A program made the position numbers and the translations under genes. From IMG/VR virus record IMGVR_UViG_3300042945_001689, positions 1 through 64,000 of that record: a DNA stretch of 64,000 bases. One strand, written 5' to 3'. The notes below the pieces were generated by a model. It worked only from the letters and a program-made list of their open reading frames with translations. It did no database searches and was not told where the DNA came from. Every line of letters begins with the position of its first letter. The first letter of the stretch is position 1. Of this stretch, positions 41,287 to 50,142 are shown in pieces. The stretch comes from a virus.

Positions 41287-43317
41287 GGAAACAGTTTTAA
41301 TTTCACAATAGTCTGTAGTACAGTACATTTCTCCAATAGAATCAAGATTTTCAACACCATCATAAATTGCATCAAAGTTAATATGAGCAACCTTTCCAAC
41401 ATAAACATCATACTCTTCTTTAGTAATTTGTGTGTATGGCTGTTGTGGATAGGTATGATTTCCCATTGGGAGGAATGAAACTGCTTTTAATTGACCTTCA
41501 TACATGTGAAGTGCTGGAGCAATATGTTTTGTTTCTGTTTCTTTGTCAAAAGATAAAGTTACAGAGACTCCATTATCTGACCAATATTTTTGTGTAGTTG
41601 CAGCAAGACCAATCTTTTCAAAAAGACTTACATCCTTCTCTGATCTTGGATGTCCTGAAGACACTGGGAAGTATACTACGCTAGTATTTGCCGATACTAA
41701 ATCATCTTCAATTTTATACCCTGCTGCTTTAAATAAATGCAACATTGGATCTGTATTTCCAAAACGAATTGCACGTAAGAAATATTCTCCACCAACAGAC
41801 CAATGAACTCCTGGAGATGCTCCAGAAAGTAATGAGACAGATCCTGAAGGTTTTACAGTAGTTACACGAATTGACTCACGAACACATAGCCATTCTGAAT
41901 ATTGCTTATCGTAATGGCGAATCTTTTTATATCCTTCGTCCATCCACTCTCTGGTTGTTGGCATTCCATTAATATCAGTGAAAGATGCAATTCCAGTTAA
42001 AGATGTTCCAATTCTGCGGTTTCTTTGCATAATACCGTTTGTAATTTGCCAATGTGTTGGAAGTAATGTTACAGTTTTTCCATAAAGATATGCAAACTTT
42101 AGTGTACGCATAAAATCTTCTTTATCTGTGTGACGATTTAAATGAACTTCAACAAGTGTACAAAGTTCATAGGACTCTAGTGGTTGTTCCGCACAAGGAT
42201 TAAAACCCATAACACGATAATCTTTTCCATCTGCTGGATCTGCTAATCTTCCATAATTTCTTGCAACATCAAGCCAAATAAAACCAGGCTCTCCGTTATC
42301 TGCAATTAAATCTACATAGTCTTCATAATGAGTTCCAACTTCAGCAGAGATTGAGTTATTACTCATCCATGCCCACCCTGGATTTTCTGAATCAAATGAG
42401 TTACGATCTGGAAATACTTCTGAGTTTTTAAGATTAATAAAGTCTTTATCATTTGGATTTCCAAGAGCAAGAGTTGCAGATCTTCGAACATTTCCAGAAA
42501 CAACACATGTTCCAATAAGATTTACAATATCTACGATTGCTCTAGAATCTAACTTCTCTCCTGCTCTGGAGCCAATAACTTTGCGTATCCTTGTATGTAG
42601 ATCAATCAATGGTTTTGGACCGCTTGCAACCCCACCAAAGCCTTTAATTGGTGCTCCTAGAGGACGGATCAGATCATAGTTAAATTCTTGAATTGGTTGA
42701 TTTGTTCTTAAGAATGAATTAAGCAAAAGCCTAACAGATTCTACCCAACCTTCACGAGTATCTGGAATATCATATACAGATGCTGGTTCTGTTGGTGCAT
42801 AAATAGATAAATCTTTTTCTTGACCTACCGTGTCAAATCCAACTCCGATTCCAAGCATTAAAGCATCCATAACCCACGCAAATAAAGATCCAGGATCATT
42901 ACGATCAATATCTCTGGTTGAAACCATCGCACAGTTCTGAAGAGAAGCAGAGTTTTTCTTTTCCATTGTCATTGGAGTACCAAAAGCCCATAGACCTCTT
43001 CCTGGTGGAGTCCACTTCAAAGTAAACATACGGTCATAGGCTTCTTGTGCTGATTTTTGTGCCTTATAGTCATTCCAAGGTAGTCTGTTTTCTTTTGCAT
43101 GATTCTTTTGTACTGAATACATACCTTCGATCACTCTTTTACAAACCTCATGCCATCTTTCCTTAGTTCCATCCTCTTTTACACGGGAATAAGTACGGAT
43201 AAAAGTAATCTCTCCTAATGAGTTAAGACCAGCATCCTTAAAGCCAAAAGGAGGCTCTATTTCTGCATATTTTGTAACAAAATCATCGGAAAGGCGAAAA
43301 GAAAAAACATCTGACAT
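41284..43317 (-). CDS. nrdJ: Class II adenosylcobalamin-dependent ribonucleotide reductase, monomeric RTPR type
   Basis: PPGRGLW, LQNC, GNVRRSA, GFNPCAEQPLE, TTVKPSGSVS, C-terminal YCTTDYC; no small-subunit gene nearby. Confidence 0.93.
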   Translation of the reverse strand: MSDVFSFRLSDDFVTKYAEIEPPFGFKDAGLNSLGEITFIRTYSRVKEDGTKERWHEVCKRVIEGMYSVQKNHAKENRLPWNDYKAQKSAQEAYDRMFTLKWTPPGRGLWAFGTPMTMEKKNSASLQNCAMVSTRDIDRNDPGSLFAWVMDALMLGIGVGFDTVGQEKDLSIYAPTEPASVYDIPDTREGWVESVRLLLNSFLRTNQPIQEFNYDLIRPLGAPIKGFGGVASGPKPLIDLHTRIRKVIGSRAGEKLDSRAIVDIVNLIGTCVVSGNVRRSATLALGNPNDKDFINLKNSEVFPDRNSFDSENPGWAWMSNNSISAEVGTHYEDYVDLIADNGEPGFIWLDVARNYGRLADPADGKDYRVMGFNPCAEQPLESYELCTLVEVHLNRHTDKEDFMRTLKFAYLYGKTVTLLPTHWQITNGIMQRNRRIGTSLTGIASFTDINGMPTTREWMDEGYKKIRHYDKQYSEWLCVRESIRVTTVKPSGSVSLLSGASPGVHWSVGGEYFLRAIRFGNTDPMLHLFKAAGYKIEDDLVSANTSVVYFPVSSGHPRSEKDVSLFEKIGLAATTQKYWSDNGVSVTLSFDKETETKHIAPALHMYEGQLKAVSFLPMGNHTYPQQPYTQITKEEYDVYVGKVAHINFDAIYDGVENLDSIGEMYCTTDYCEIKTVS

Positions 43318-43385
43318 AAGTATAAATCTCCTAATTAAATTGAATTTGAATAATAACTAATTGTAGCAGAGTTTTTATTTTCTAC

Positions 43386-43416
43386 AAACTCTACATCTTT
43401 AGATTAGGTAGAGTTT
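43386..43416. terminator. Inverted repeat between oxygenase cluster A and nrdJ; possible terminator
   Basis: AAACTCTAC...GTAGAGTTT, 9-bp arms with a 13-nt loop. Confidence 0.4.
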
Positions 43417-43433
43417 TTAATATATAAAAACTA

Positions 43434-44165
43434 CTACTTGTATGTTCTTTGTTCCCAAATTTTATTTTTATATACTCCACCATTTGGTTTTCTGTATATT
43501 TTACTATTTGCAATATTTTTATAAACTATAACATTTGAATTAATTATATTGAATTCACTTTCCCAATTATCCCTTTTAAATGGAATCATTTGAACTATTG
43601 GAGTACCTTTTGGTAATATTCCAGAAAATTCTTTATTTATAAAAAATGGCATGCTTCCTGGCAACAAGACCTTATCATTATCTACAATTCCAGAAACTGT
43701 ATAAAAAGGCAACTCAAACCTATTTAAAGGATGTGTATACAATACGCTATAACCCTCTGGAACTTGAATTCCCCAATCTGCAAACCAAGCAAAATGATCA
43801 TCTCTATATCCATGTGGTGTAACAAAACCATCCATTTTGCTTCTTGGTGTACAAAAATCTTTATATTTTAAGTCTTCTATTTCAACACTTAATCCATTTT
43901 CACTTTGTATAAAATTAATATCACACGGTGTTAAATATGTGTATCCAGATCCCATTACGTCAAAAACTGCTGGACAGGCCTTCCAAGTTGGCATTTTGCC
44001 ACCATCTTGCCCAATATAAAAATCATTATTTTGTGGATTTTTAATAAATCTATCCATTTTTCGATACCACTCTGGAATAGTTTTAAGTATAGATGTTGGC
44101 TTAAATAGACTGTCTTGGTTTAACCATGGTCTATTATTAGTAAAAATTATTTTTTTAATGTCCAT
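43434..44165 (-). CDS. DUF6065-related protein
   Basis: IPEWY...TWKACPAVFD..GSGY...PEGYSVLYTHPLNR...GIVDND...KGTPIVQMIPFKRDNW. Confidence 0.55.
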   Translation of the reverse strand: MDIKKIIFTNNRPWLNQDSLFKPTSILKTIPEWYRKMDRFIKNPQNNDFYIGQDGGKMPTWKACPAVFDVMGSGYTYLTPCDINFIQSENGLSVEIEDLKYKDFCTPRSKMDGFVTPHGYRDDHFAWFADWGIQVPEGYSVLYTHPLNRFELPFYTVSGIVDNDKVLLPGSMPFFINKEFSGILPKGTPIVQMIPFKRDNWESEFNIINSNVIVYKNIANSKIYRKPNGGVYKNKIWEQRTYK

Positions 44166-44881
44166 TATTTTTTTCTTTTATCATTTGTTTTTAATCTAAT
44201 TGTTTTTAATTCATGCTTTCCTACAGGAATATCTGATTCGTCTGTAGCATTTCTGTAAAAGTGTGTCCACTCACCAACTCTATTTTTTAATTGAGACACC
44301 TCTCCATATTTTTTATTTTTAATTTCATCTTCTTTAGAAAAAACATAATCATTAATATCTAATTCATATTGGTTTATGTTTTGTAAAGATATTGGAACAA
44401 TAGCAGCAATAGGAGTTTTTGCTGGAATTGTTATAACAACATTTGGTTTTGTAACTTTGGCTGCTAGTGGCAATGGATATCTAAAAAAAGAAGTAGAAAT
44501 AAGTGTTGTGTATAAATGAATTCCATCAATAAATAGATTTGGAACTGGCATTGTTAACAAAGTTGTATTTTCATCAGTAATAAATTTAGTAAATGTATCA
44601 AAACTTAGCGTTGCACTTCTTCTATTTTCATTGACATATTTGTTACCAGATAGGATAGTTATATGACCATCCTCTTTATCTGTATCAATTCCGTCCCAAA
44701 TAAAACTAATATCTTCATCAAAACTAATTCCCCAACCTAATGTATTTGAAATTGATAACGGAAAACAATGATATGCGTGTGCATTTGACACATTGTCCAT
44801 CCAATCTCTTTTAGCAGAAATTTGAGAGATGTTTACACCAGAATTTGGCATCATGTATGCATTAAAAACTTTATTAGTCAT
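44165..44881 (-). CDS. DUF6065-like protein
   Basis: KRDWMD...HAYHCFPLSISNTLGW; paralog of 56106..56825; start MTNKVF. Confidence 0.7.
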   Translation of the reverse strand: MTNKVFNAYMMPNSGVNISQISAKRDWMDNVSNAHAYHCFPLSISNTLGWGISFDEDISFIWDGIDTDKEDGHITILSGNKYVNENRRSATLSFDTFTKFITDENTTLLTMPVPNLFIDGIHLYTTLISTSFFRYPLPLAAKVTKPNVVITIPAKTPIAAIVPISLQNINQYELDINDYVFSKEDEIKNKKYGEVSQLKNRVGEWTHFYRNATDESDIPVGKHELKTIRLKTNDKRKK

Positions 44882-45554
44882 TTGTTTCTTCATGAAGGTC
44901 TGGCCTATGATATTTTGCGCTATAATCAAGCATTGTTACTAACGAATATTTTGTTCCAGATACCACTGGCATTGCTGTATGAGGATACATATAGTTTGAT
45001 GGAAAAATATATAAATCACCTGCCTGTGGTTTAACTTTTATTCCTTGTAGTCTAAAATCCAACTCTCCACCTTCGTAATCATCATTTAAATATCCTACTA
45101 AAGAAACTACACAGTTATATGTAGGACCTTGATCATGATGCTCTTGAAAATGTTGTCCTGGACCATATTTTATAAAATTAAATGATTCCCAGTATCTTAG
45201 TTCTCCAACACGAAAAAAATGAGAGTAGTCTTTAACTGCTGGAAGTTGTAAGTCATAACAGTCCTGCCAGACTTCTTGCAGCAAAACTGATTGAACGCTT
45301 TTATCATTCAGTAAATTTTCTTTTCTATATTTAAAATCAACACAGTCTCTATATTCTGGAATTTTTTGGGCATATCCAACTAAAGCCTCTCTCCAAAAAT
45401 AATTTGGATTTTTGCCTGTTAGACTATTTTCTAGTCTACTAATTATTTTCATGTCTTTTTTAAATACATTTCTATAAACTGCTATTCCATCTGCAAGTAA
45501 TTCTTTACTATCCCAAGTTGGATTTTCAACAACATTTGGTTCAAAATTAATCAT
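44874..45554 (-). CDS. Prolyl-4-hydroxylase-like 2OG-Fe(II) oxygenase
   Basis: HHD...YLNDDYEGGEL...IFPSNYMYPH..MPVVSGTKY. Confidence 0.88.
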   Translation of the reverse strand: MINFEPNVVENPTWDSKELLADGIAVYRNVFKKDMKIISRLENSLTGKNPNYFWREALVGYAQKIPEYRDCVDFKYRKENLLNDKSVQSVLLQEVWQDCYDLQLPAVKDYSHFFRVGELRYWESFNFIKYGPGQHFQEHHDQGPTYNCVVSLVGYLNDDYEGGELDFRLQGIKVKPQAGDLYIFPSNYMYPHTAMPVVSGTKYSLVTMLDYSAKYHRPDLHEETND

Positions 45555-46285
45555 TGTTGCCTTTCTGTGTAAGTATACTTATGTCCCAATTCATTAATAT
45601 CTGTCATAATAACAATACAATATTTTGTTCCATTAACCATGTCCATTGACGCATGCTCATAAATATAATTAGATGGAAAAATTGCTATATCACCAAACTT
45701 TGGTTTATAAACTAAGTTGTCTAGCCTTGGAAAAAATAATTCTCCGCCTTCATAATCATCATTTAAATAAATTACAACAGAAACTGTTGTATTATATGCT
45801 GGACCGTGATCTGCATGAATTCTAAATTGCTGTCCTACACCTTCATACTTTACAAAATTAAATGCTTCATAATAGACCACATTAATTCCCCAATAACGAG
45901 CATAGTCATCAACACATAATTTTAAAGTATTGTAAATTTCTTCATACATATCAATTAATTCAGCATTTTGCTCATCTCTTGCTCCCAGAGAATAAGGATT
46001 ATACTTAAAATCAGAGCAGTTTCTAGCATACTTTATTGGTTGATCTGAGTTTGTAACTTTTGCTTCATTCCACTTATACCTTGTTTGTCCATTTAAATTA
46101 TTTTCTAATATACTTAAATATTTTTCACAATTTTCTTTTGAAATTGCATTATTATAGATATTTAAACCTAATCCTGGATTGCTTACTTTAATATTATTAA
46201 AAGTTTTGTCTGGCATTCTAAAAGATGCAGATTCTGACCTATCTTTTGTAAACCAAGGATTTTGTGATTCATTTACTTCAATCAT
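45551..46285 (-). CDS. Prolyl-4-hydroxylase-like 2OG-Fe(II) oxygenase
   Basis: HAD...YLNDDYEGGELFF...IFPSNYIYEH...GTKY. Confidence 0.88.
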   Translation of the reverse strand: MIEVNESQNPWFTKDRSESASFRMPDKTFNNIKVSNPGLGLNIYNNAISKENCEKYLSILENNLNGQTRYKWNEAKVTNSDQPIKYARNCSDFKYNPYSLGARDEQNAELIDMYEEIYNTLKLCVDDYARYWGINVVYYEAFNFVKYEGVGQQFRIHADHGPAYNTTVSVVIYLNDDYEGGELFFPRLDNLVYKPKFGDIAIFPSNYIYEHASMDMVNGTKYCIVIMTDINELGHKYTYTERQQ

Positions 46286-46286
46286 T

Positions 46287-46341
46287 AGCGAGTCTCCTTT
46301 ATTTAATTATAGCATAAGAATTATTTAAAGGAGACTGCGCT
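46287..46341 (-). promoter_or_regulatory. RBS-sequestering hairpin with an extended -10 promoter in its loop
   Basis: Arms AGTCTCCTTTA (46291-46301) and TAAAGGAGACT (46326-46336); TGCTATAAT at 46314-46306; SD AAAGGAG lies in the 3' arm. Confidence 0.7.
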
Positions 46342-46343
46342 TT

Positions 46344-47648
46344 TTATTCAATACTTTGATCTCTTGTGTCATATACTAACATATTTTCTGTAAAGAAGTT
46401 GTCGTATGGTTCACAGTTAATCGAATATACTGTTTCTTCATAATTTAGAACGTCTAATGAATCAATATTGACAAACCCTAACTCTTCATATGAATATACC
46501 ATATATGTGTCATCAATTGAATCAATTCTTAAGAATTTTGAAACATTATCTTTTTTAGTTAAAATATAATGCGTTTCAGAATATGCATCGCCGTTAAGAA
46601 GATATACTTTATCTACTTGCTTTGATGATACTGCATAAACTGTAGTTTCTCTTAAATTGGTTTCATTTAGGATTAAGTCTTCTGCTGTCCAATTTAACCA
46701 ATCAGCGTTATGTGCTGAGGCTTGTTCTGGAAGTTCCATAGCAATTAAAACATCTCCTACAACTATGTCTTTGGCTTCTTTTCTGCCATTGGTAGTCATG
46801 ATGCCTGTATTGCTGGCAATGGAATACTCTGAGAATCCAAACCCTGGGAAAAATGGTCCGAATGGTGGTGGGAATGGTGGTGGGAATGGTGGTGGGAATG
46901 GTGGTGGGAATGGTGGTGGGAATGGTGGTGGTGCGAAACTTGGGAAGAACGGAAAGAACGGGAAGAATGGGAAAAATGGGAAGAATGGGAAGAATGGTGA
47001 AAGTGTAGTAACGCTAGAAGTTGTTGCTCCTAATGATGCTCCATTAGCATTTGTTGCAGTAACAGTGTAAGTCTGTGAAGTTCCTGCTGTATCAGCAATA
47101 GTTGATGATGTTGCTGATGATGCTAAATCTCCAGAAGAAGTTCCGTCAGAACCAGTAACGTTATGCTTAGATAAAGCCTTTCCACCAGTGGCACCAATTG
47201 TCCAACTGATTGTGTTTTGGTTAACACCAGCACTGGCGACCGCACCTTGAGGCGCTTGTGGAACTGTTGTTGCAGTTACTGAAGAAGAAGTTGTTCCGCT
47301 TGCAGTTCCTGCAGCGTTTGTTCCTTTTACTGTAAATGTGTATGAAGTATTTGATGCTAATCCCTGAAAAGTATAAGAAGGAGTGGAAGAGCCAGTATTT
47401 ACTTCGTAAGTTGAGGGGGTTGTTGTAATGATATAAGCAGTTGCTGCTGGAGATCCCGCTGGCAATGTCCAAGTAAGGCTTACTGCTCCACCTGTGCCTG
47501 CTGCAGATGCTGCTGAAGTAGTATTAGCAGTAGCAAGATAAGGACGAGATGTTCCTACATCTGTACCACTTAAGGAAGTAACATTATCTGGTTGCAAAAA
47601 GTTGTCTTGTGCTGAAGACTTGATACCTCTTTTTTTACTAACTGCCAT
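46344..47648 (-). CDS. Two FN3-like domains + (PFF)6/(PPPF)6 repeats + C-terminal Hint domain (copy A)
   Basis: FN3 signatures (LTWT...Y...GLASNTSYTFTV..TN); repeats; Hint from Ser276 (SIASNTGIMTTNGRKEAKDIVVGD...SETH...VYSINCEPYDNFFTENMLVYD). Confidence 0.85.
   Translation of the reverse strand: MAVSKKRGIKSSAQDNFLQPDNVTSLSGTDVGTSRPYLATANTTSAASAAGTGGAVSLTWTLPAGSPAATAYIITTTPSTYEVNTGSSTPSYTFQGLASNTSYTFTVKGTNAAGTASGTTSSSVTATTVPQAPQGAVASAGVNQNTISWTIGATGGKALSKHNVTGSDGTSSGDLASSATSSTIADTAGTSQTYTVTATNANGASLGATTSSVTTLSPFFPFFPFFPFFPFFPFFPSFAPPPFPPPFPPPFPPPFPPPFPPPFGPFFPGFGFSEYSIASNTGIMTTNGRKEAKDIVVGDVLIAMELPEQASAHNADWLNWTAEDLILNETNLRETTVYAVSSKQVDKVYLLNGDAYSETHYILTKKDNVSKFLRIDSIDDTYMVYSYEELGFVNIDSLDVLNYEETVYSINCEPYDNFFTENMLVYDTRDQSIE
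46861..46932 (-). repeat. 12-bp tandem repeat x6 encoding PPPF
   Basis: AATGGTGGTGG(G) repeated on the plus strand. Confidence 0.95.
46942..46998 (-). repeat. Degenerate 9-bp tandem repeat x6 encoding PFF
   Basis: GGGAAGAA(C/T)-type units. Confidence 0.9.
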
Positions 47649-47679
47649 TTTTACTCCTCTTTTCTATTATATCAAACTA

Positions 47680-49623
47680 TTATGCTTTTAAATCTCCCAT
47701 TACAACCCAAAGATTTGCTGCTCTCTTAAATAATGTTGCTGATGACCATTGTGCACGAAGTTTTAATCCAGGAGTTGCATTTACTGTTGTTGTTCCTGGT
47801 GTTACTGCTTCAATTGTCACTTCGCCAGTATTTGTTCGAAGAATATCAATTGATGTTCCGACTGGATAATTAAGTGTAGCATCTGTTGGGATTAAAACCT
47901 TAACTGCAGTTCCACCTGTATGTGAAACTTCAATTAATGAGTCTCTTTCATTTGCTGCTGAAAGGGTGTATTCTGCTGTCTTCTGAATAATTGATGTCCG
48001 TGATGGAACACCTTCTTTTGTTTGTGTACCGTCGGTAAAAATAAATCCACCAGCAGTTGTACTAATAACTGAAGTTCCGTTTACTTTAAGATCTTTTCCT
48101 GAAGCAAGGTTGATATGCTCGGAAGATGTCCAAGAATCTGTAGAATCTACCCAGTTAAAGGTTTTGTCTGTTGCGCCTTTAAGTGTAATACCTCCGCCAT
48201 CTGCAGTTGTATCAGTAGGAGTTCCTGTATCTCCAAGAACAATGTTTTTGTCTTCAATAACAAGGTTAGTTGAGTTAAGGTTTGTTGTAGTTCCATTAAT
48301 CGTTAAGTTTCCAGAAAGAGTTAAGTCTGTTCCAGAAACGGCTCCTGTAAATGTTGCTCCAGTAAGAGAAGCCTTAGCGTCTAACTGTGTTTGAATGGCT
48401 GAAGTTACCCCATCAACGTAGTTAAGTTCTGTAGTTGATGTGGTTACACCATCAAGAATGTTAAGTTCTGCTGCTGTAGAAGTAATAGAACTTCCAGCAA
48501 TCTGTAAAGTTGTGGCGTTTACTTCGCCTGCAGAGCCATAAATAACTGCTTTGCTATTTGCAATAGTTCCTGCTGATGATCCATCTACTAAGTTAAGTTC
48601 TGCTGCTGTAGAAGTAATAGAAGTGCCAGCAATTTGTAAAGTTGTAGCATTTACTTGGCCTGCTGGACCATAAATTACTGCCTTGCTATCTACAATTGTT
48701 CCAGCAATAGATCCATCTATTAAATTAACTTCTGATGCTGTTGCAGTGACATCTGTTGCACCTGCTGAAAGAACATGTGTATGACCTGTTCCTGCTTTTC
48801 CATCAATCTGTCCTTGAATTCCAGCAGAAACTCCTTCTAGGTACCCTATTTCTGTTGAAGATAGATCTCCAATTGATGTGGTACTTGGAAGAGTTACTGT
48901 TCCAGTAAATGTAGGACCTGCTAGTGCTGCTTTAGCATCTAACTGAGTTTGAATTGCTGAGGTTACACCATTAAGATAACTAATTTCAGTATTTGATACA
49001 TCTGCAACAACTGCTTGCTTATTGTCTAATTGTGTTTGAATTGCTGAAGTAACACCAGCAAGATATCCTAATTCTGTTGATGTTGCACCAGTTGCACTAA
49101 GGTTTCCTGTTGTAACAACAGTTCCGCTTACGTTTGGAAATGTAATAGTTCTATCGGCTGTAGGATCTGTTACTGTTAAAGTGGTTTCATAATCGTTTGC
49201 TGTAGTACCTTCAAAAACAATTCCTGTTGTAGCATTAATTGTTGTGCTGTTAATAGTAGTGGTTGTACCACTTACTGTTAAATCTCCTGAAACGGTAACG
49301 TTTCCACTACCATCGGACAAAACAACTGTGCCTGTTGCATCTGGAAATGTAATTGTACGGTCTGCTGTAGGATCTGTTACGGCAAGAGTTGTTTCAAATG
49401 CGTTGTCTGTAGCACCTTCAAATGTAATGCTTGAACCAAATGATGGGTTTACTGTAGAGGATTGGTCAATAAAGTAGTCAATATTTGCCCAGTGGTTAGT
49501 GCCATCACCGATCTTAAACTTATTAGTGTCTGATTCCCATCCGATTTCACCAGCATTTAGTATTGGGTTTGCTGATGTCCATTGTGCTGCAGTACCTCTG
49601 CGTTGCTGCATTCTTGTTGCCAT
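47680..49623 (-). CDS. Tail fibre-like protein
   Basis: N-terminal MQQRRGTAAQWTSANPIL..GEIGWE.DT.KFKIGDG module; Thr/Gly-rich internal repeats; C-terminal LRAQWSSATL.KR...W...GDL domain. Confidence 0.8.
   Translation of the reverse strand: MATRMQQRRGTAAQWTSANPILNAGEIGWESDTNKFKIGDGTNHWANIDYFIDQSSTVNPSFGSSITFEGATDNAFETTLAVTDPTADRTITFPDATGTVVLSDGSGNVTVSGDLTVSGTTTTINSTTINATTGIVFEGTTANDYETTLTVTDPTADRTITFPNVSGTVVTTGNLSATGATSTELGYLAGVTSAIQTQLDNKQAVVADVSNTEISYLNGVTSAIQTQLDAKAALAGPTFTGTVTLPSTTSIGDLSSTEIGYLEGVSAGIQGQIDGKAGTGHTHVLSAGATDVTATASEVNLIDGSIAGTIVDSKAVIYGPAGQVNATTLQIAGTSITSTAAELNLVDGSSAGTIANSKAVIYGSAGEVNATTLQIAGSSITSTAAELNILDGVTTSTTELNYVDGVTSAIQTQLDAKASLTGATFTGAVSGTDLTLSGNLTINGTTTNLNSTNLVIEDKNIVLGDTGTPTDTTADGGGITLKGATDKTFNWVDSTDSWTSSEHINLASGKDLKVNGTSVISTTAGGFIFTDGTQTKEGVPSRTSIIQKTAEYTLSAANERDSLIEVSHTGGTAVKVLIPTDATLNYPVGTSIDILRTNTGEVTIEAVTPGTTTVNATPGLKLRAQWSSATLFKRAANLWVVMGDLKA
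48460..48725 (-). repeat. 132-bp (44-aa) tandem duplication within fibre gene
   Basis: ELNLVDGSSAGTIANSKAVIYG.AGEVNATTLQIAG.SITSTAA unit twice; GTTAAGTTCTGCTGCTGTAGAAGTAATAGA at 48460 and 48592. Confidence 0.85.
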
Positions 49624-49671
49624 ATTATTTTCCTCCTACAGAAAATTTCTTATTTTTATTATAACAGATAA

Positions 49672-50130
49672 TTAATTAAAGTTATCTGTTGCAACTCCTC
49701 CATCATAGGTATTTTCCCATGATGAAGTGCTATAGTCTCCTGCGCTTACTAGAACACCTGGTTCATTATAAGCACCTCCAGAAACAAATGTACTTACAAT
49801 AAGACCAGATCCATCAATTGCGGTATTGTGAATGTGGTCTTGTAATACTTCTGCATCTTCAAGAGTTGCAATTGCTACCCATTGAGATCCATAATAAACA
49901 TGAACTCTTTCTGTTAATGTGTCAAACCAAAGATTTCCATTTGATGGAGAATTTGGTGCTGTTCCGCTAACAGTTACTCCTGCACTACCCGCAACACTAT
50001 CAACATATGCTTTTGTTGCTGCATGTGTATTTTGAGTTGGAGTGGCAACTGTAACCGTTGATCCGAAAGTACCGCCATCGGCTACGACTAAGCCATGTTT
50101 TACCTTAAAATCTCTGTTTACAGTTGCCAT
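49672..50130 (-). CDS. Small fibre-associated structural protein
   Basis: MATVNRDFKVKHGL; HAATKAYVD; APNSPSNGNLWFD. Confidence 0.65.
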   Translation of the reverse strand: MATVNRDFKVKHGLVVADGGTFGSTVTVATPTQNTHAATKAYVDSVAGSAGVTVSGTAPNSPSNGNLWFDTLTERVHVYYGSQWVAIATLEDAEVLQDHIHNTAIDGSGLIVSTFVSGGAYNEPGVLVSAGDYSTSSWENTYDGGVATDNFN

Positions 50131-50142
50131 TTAATCTCCTTT

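Noticed and set aside
43318-43433. Cobalamin riboswitch upstream of nrdJ
   Set aside because: Gap is only about 115 nt, AT-rich, with no recognisable B12 box.
46344-46823. Hint domain as a mobile selfish intein
   Set aside because: No endonuclease, no terminal His-Asn, C-terminal location with a trivial tail, and not inserted in a conserved enzyme.
46861-46998. Short direct repeats as a possible CRISPR array
   Set aside because: Units are 9-12 bp, contiguous, without spacers, and in frame within a CDS.
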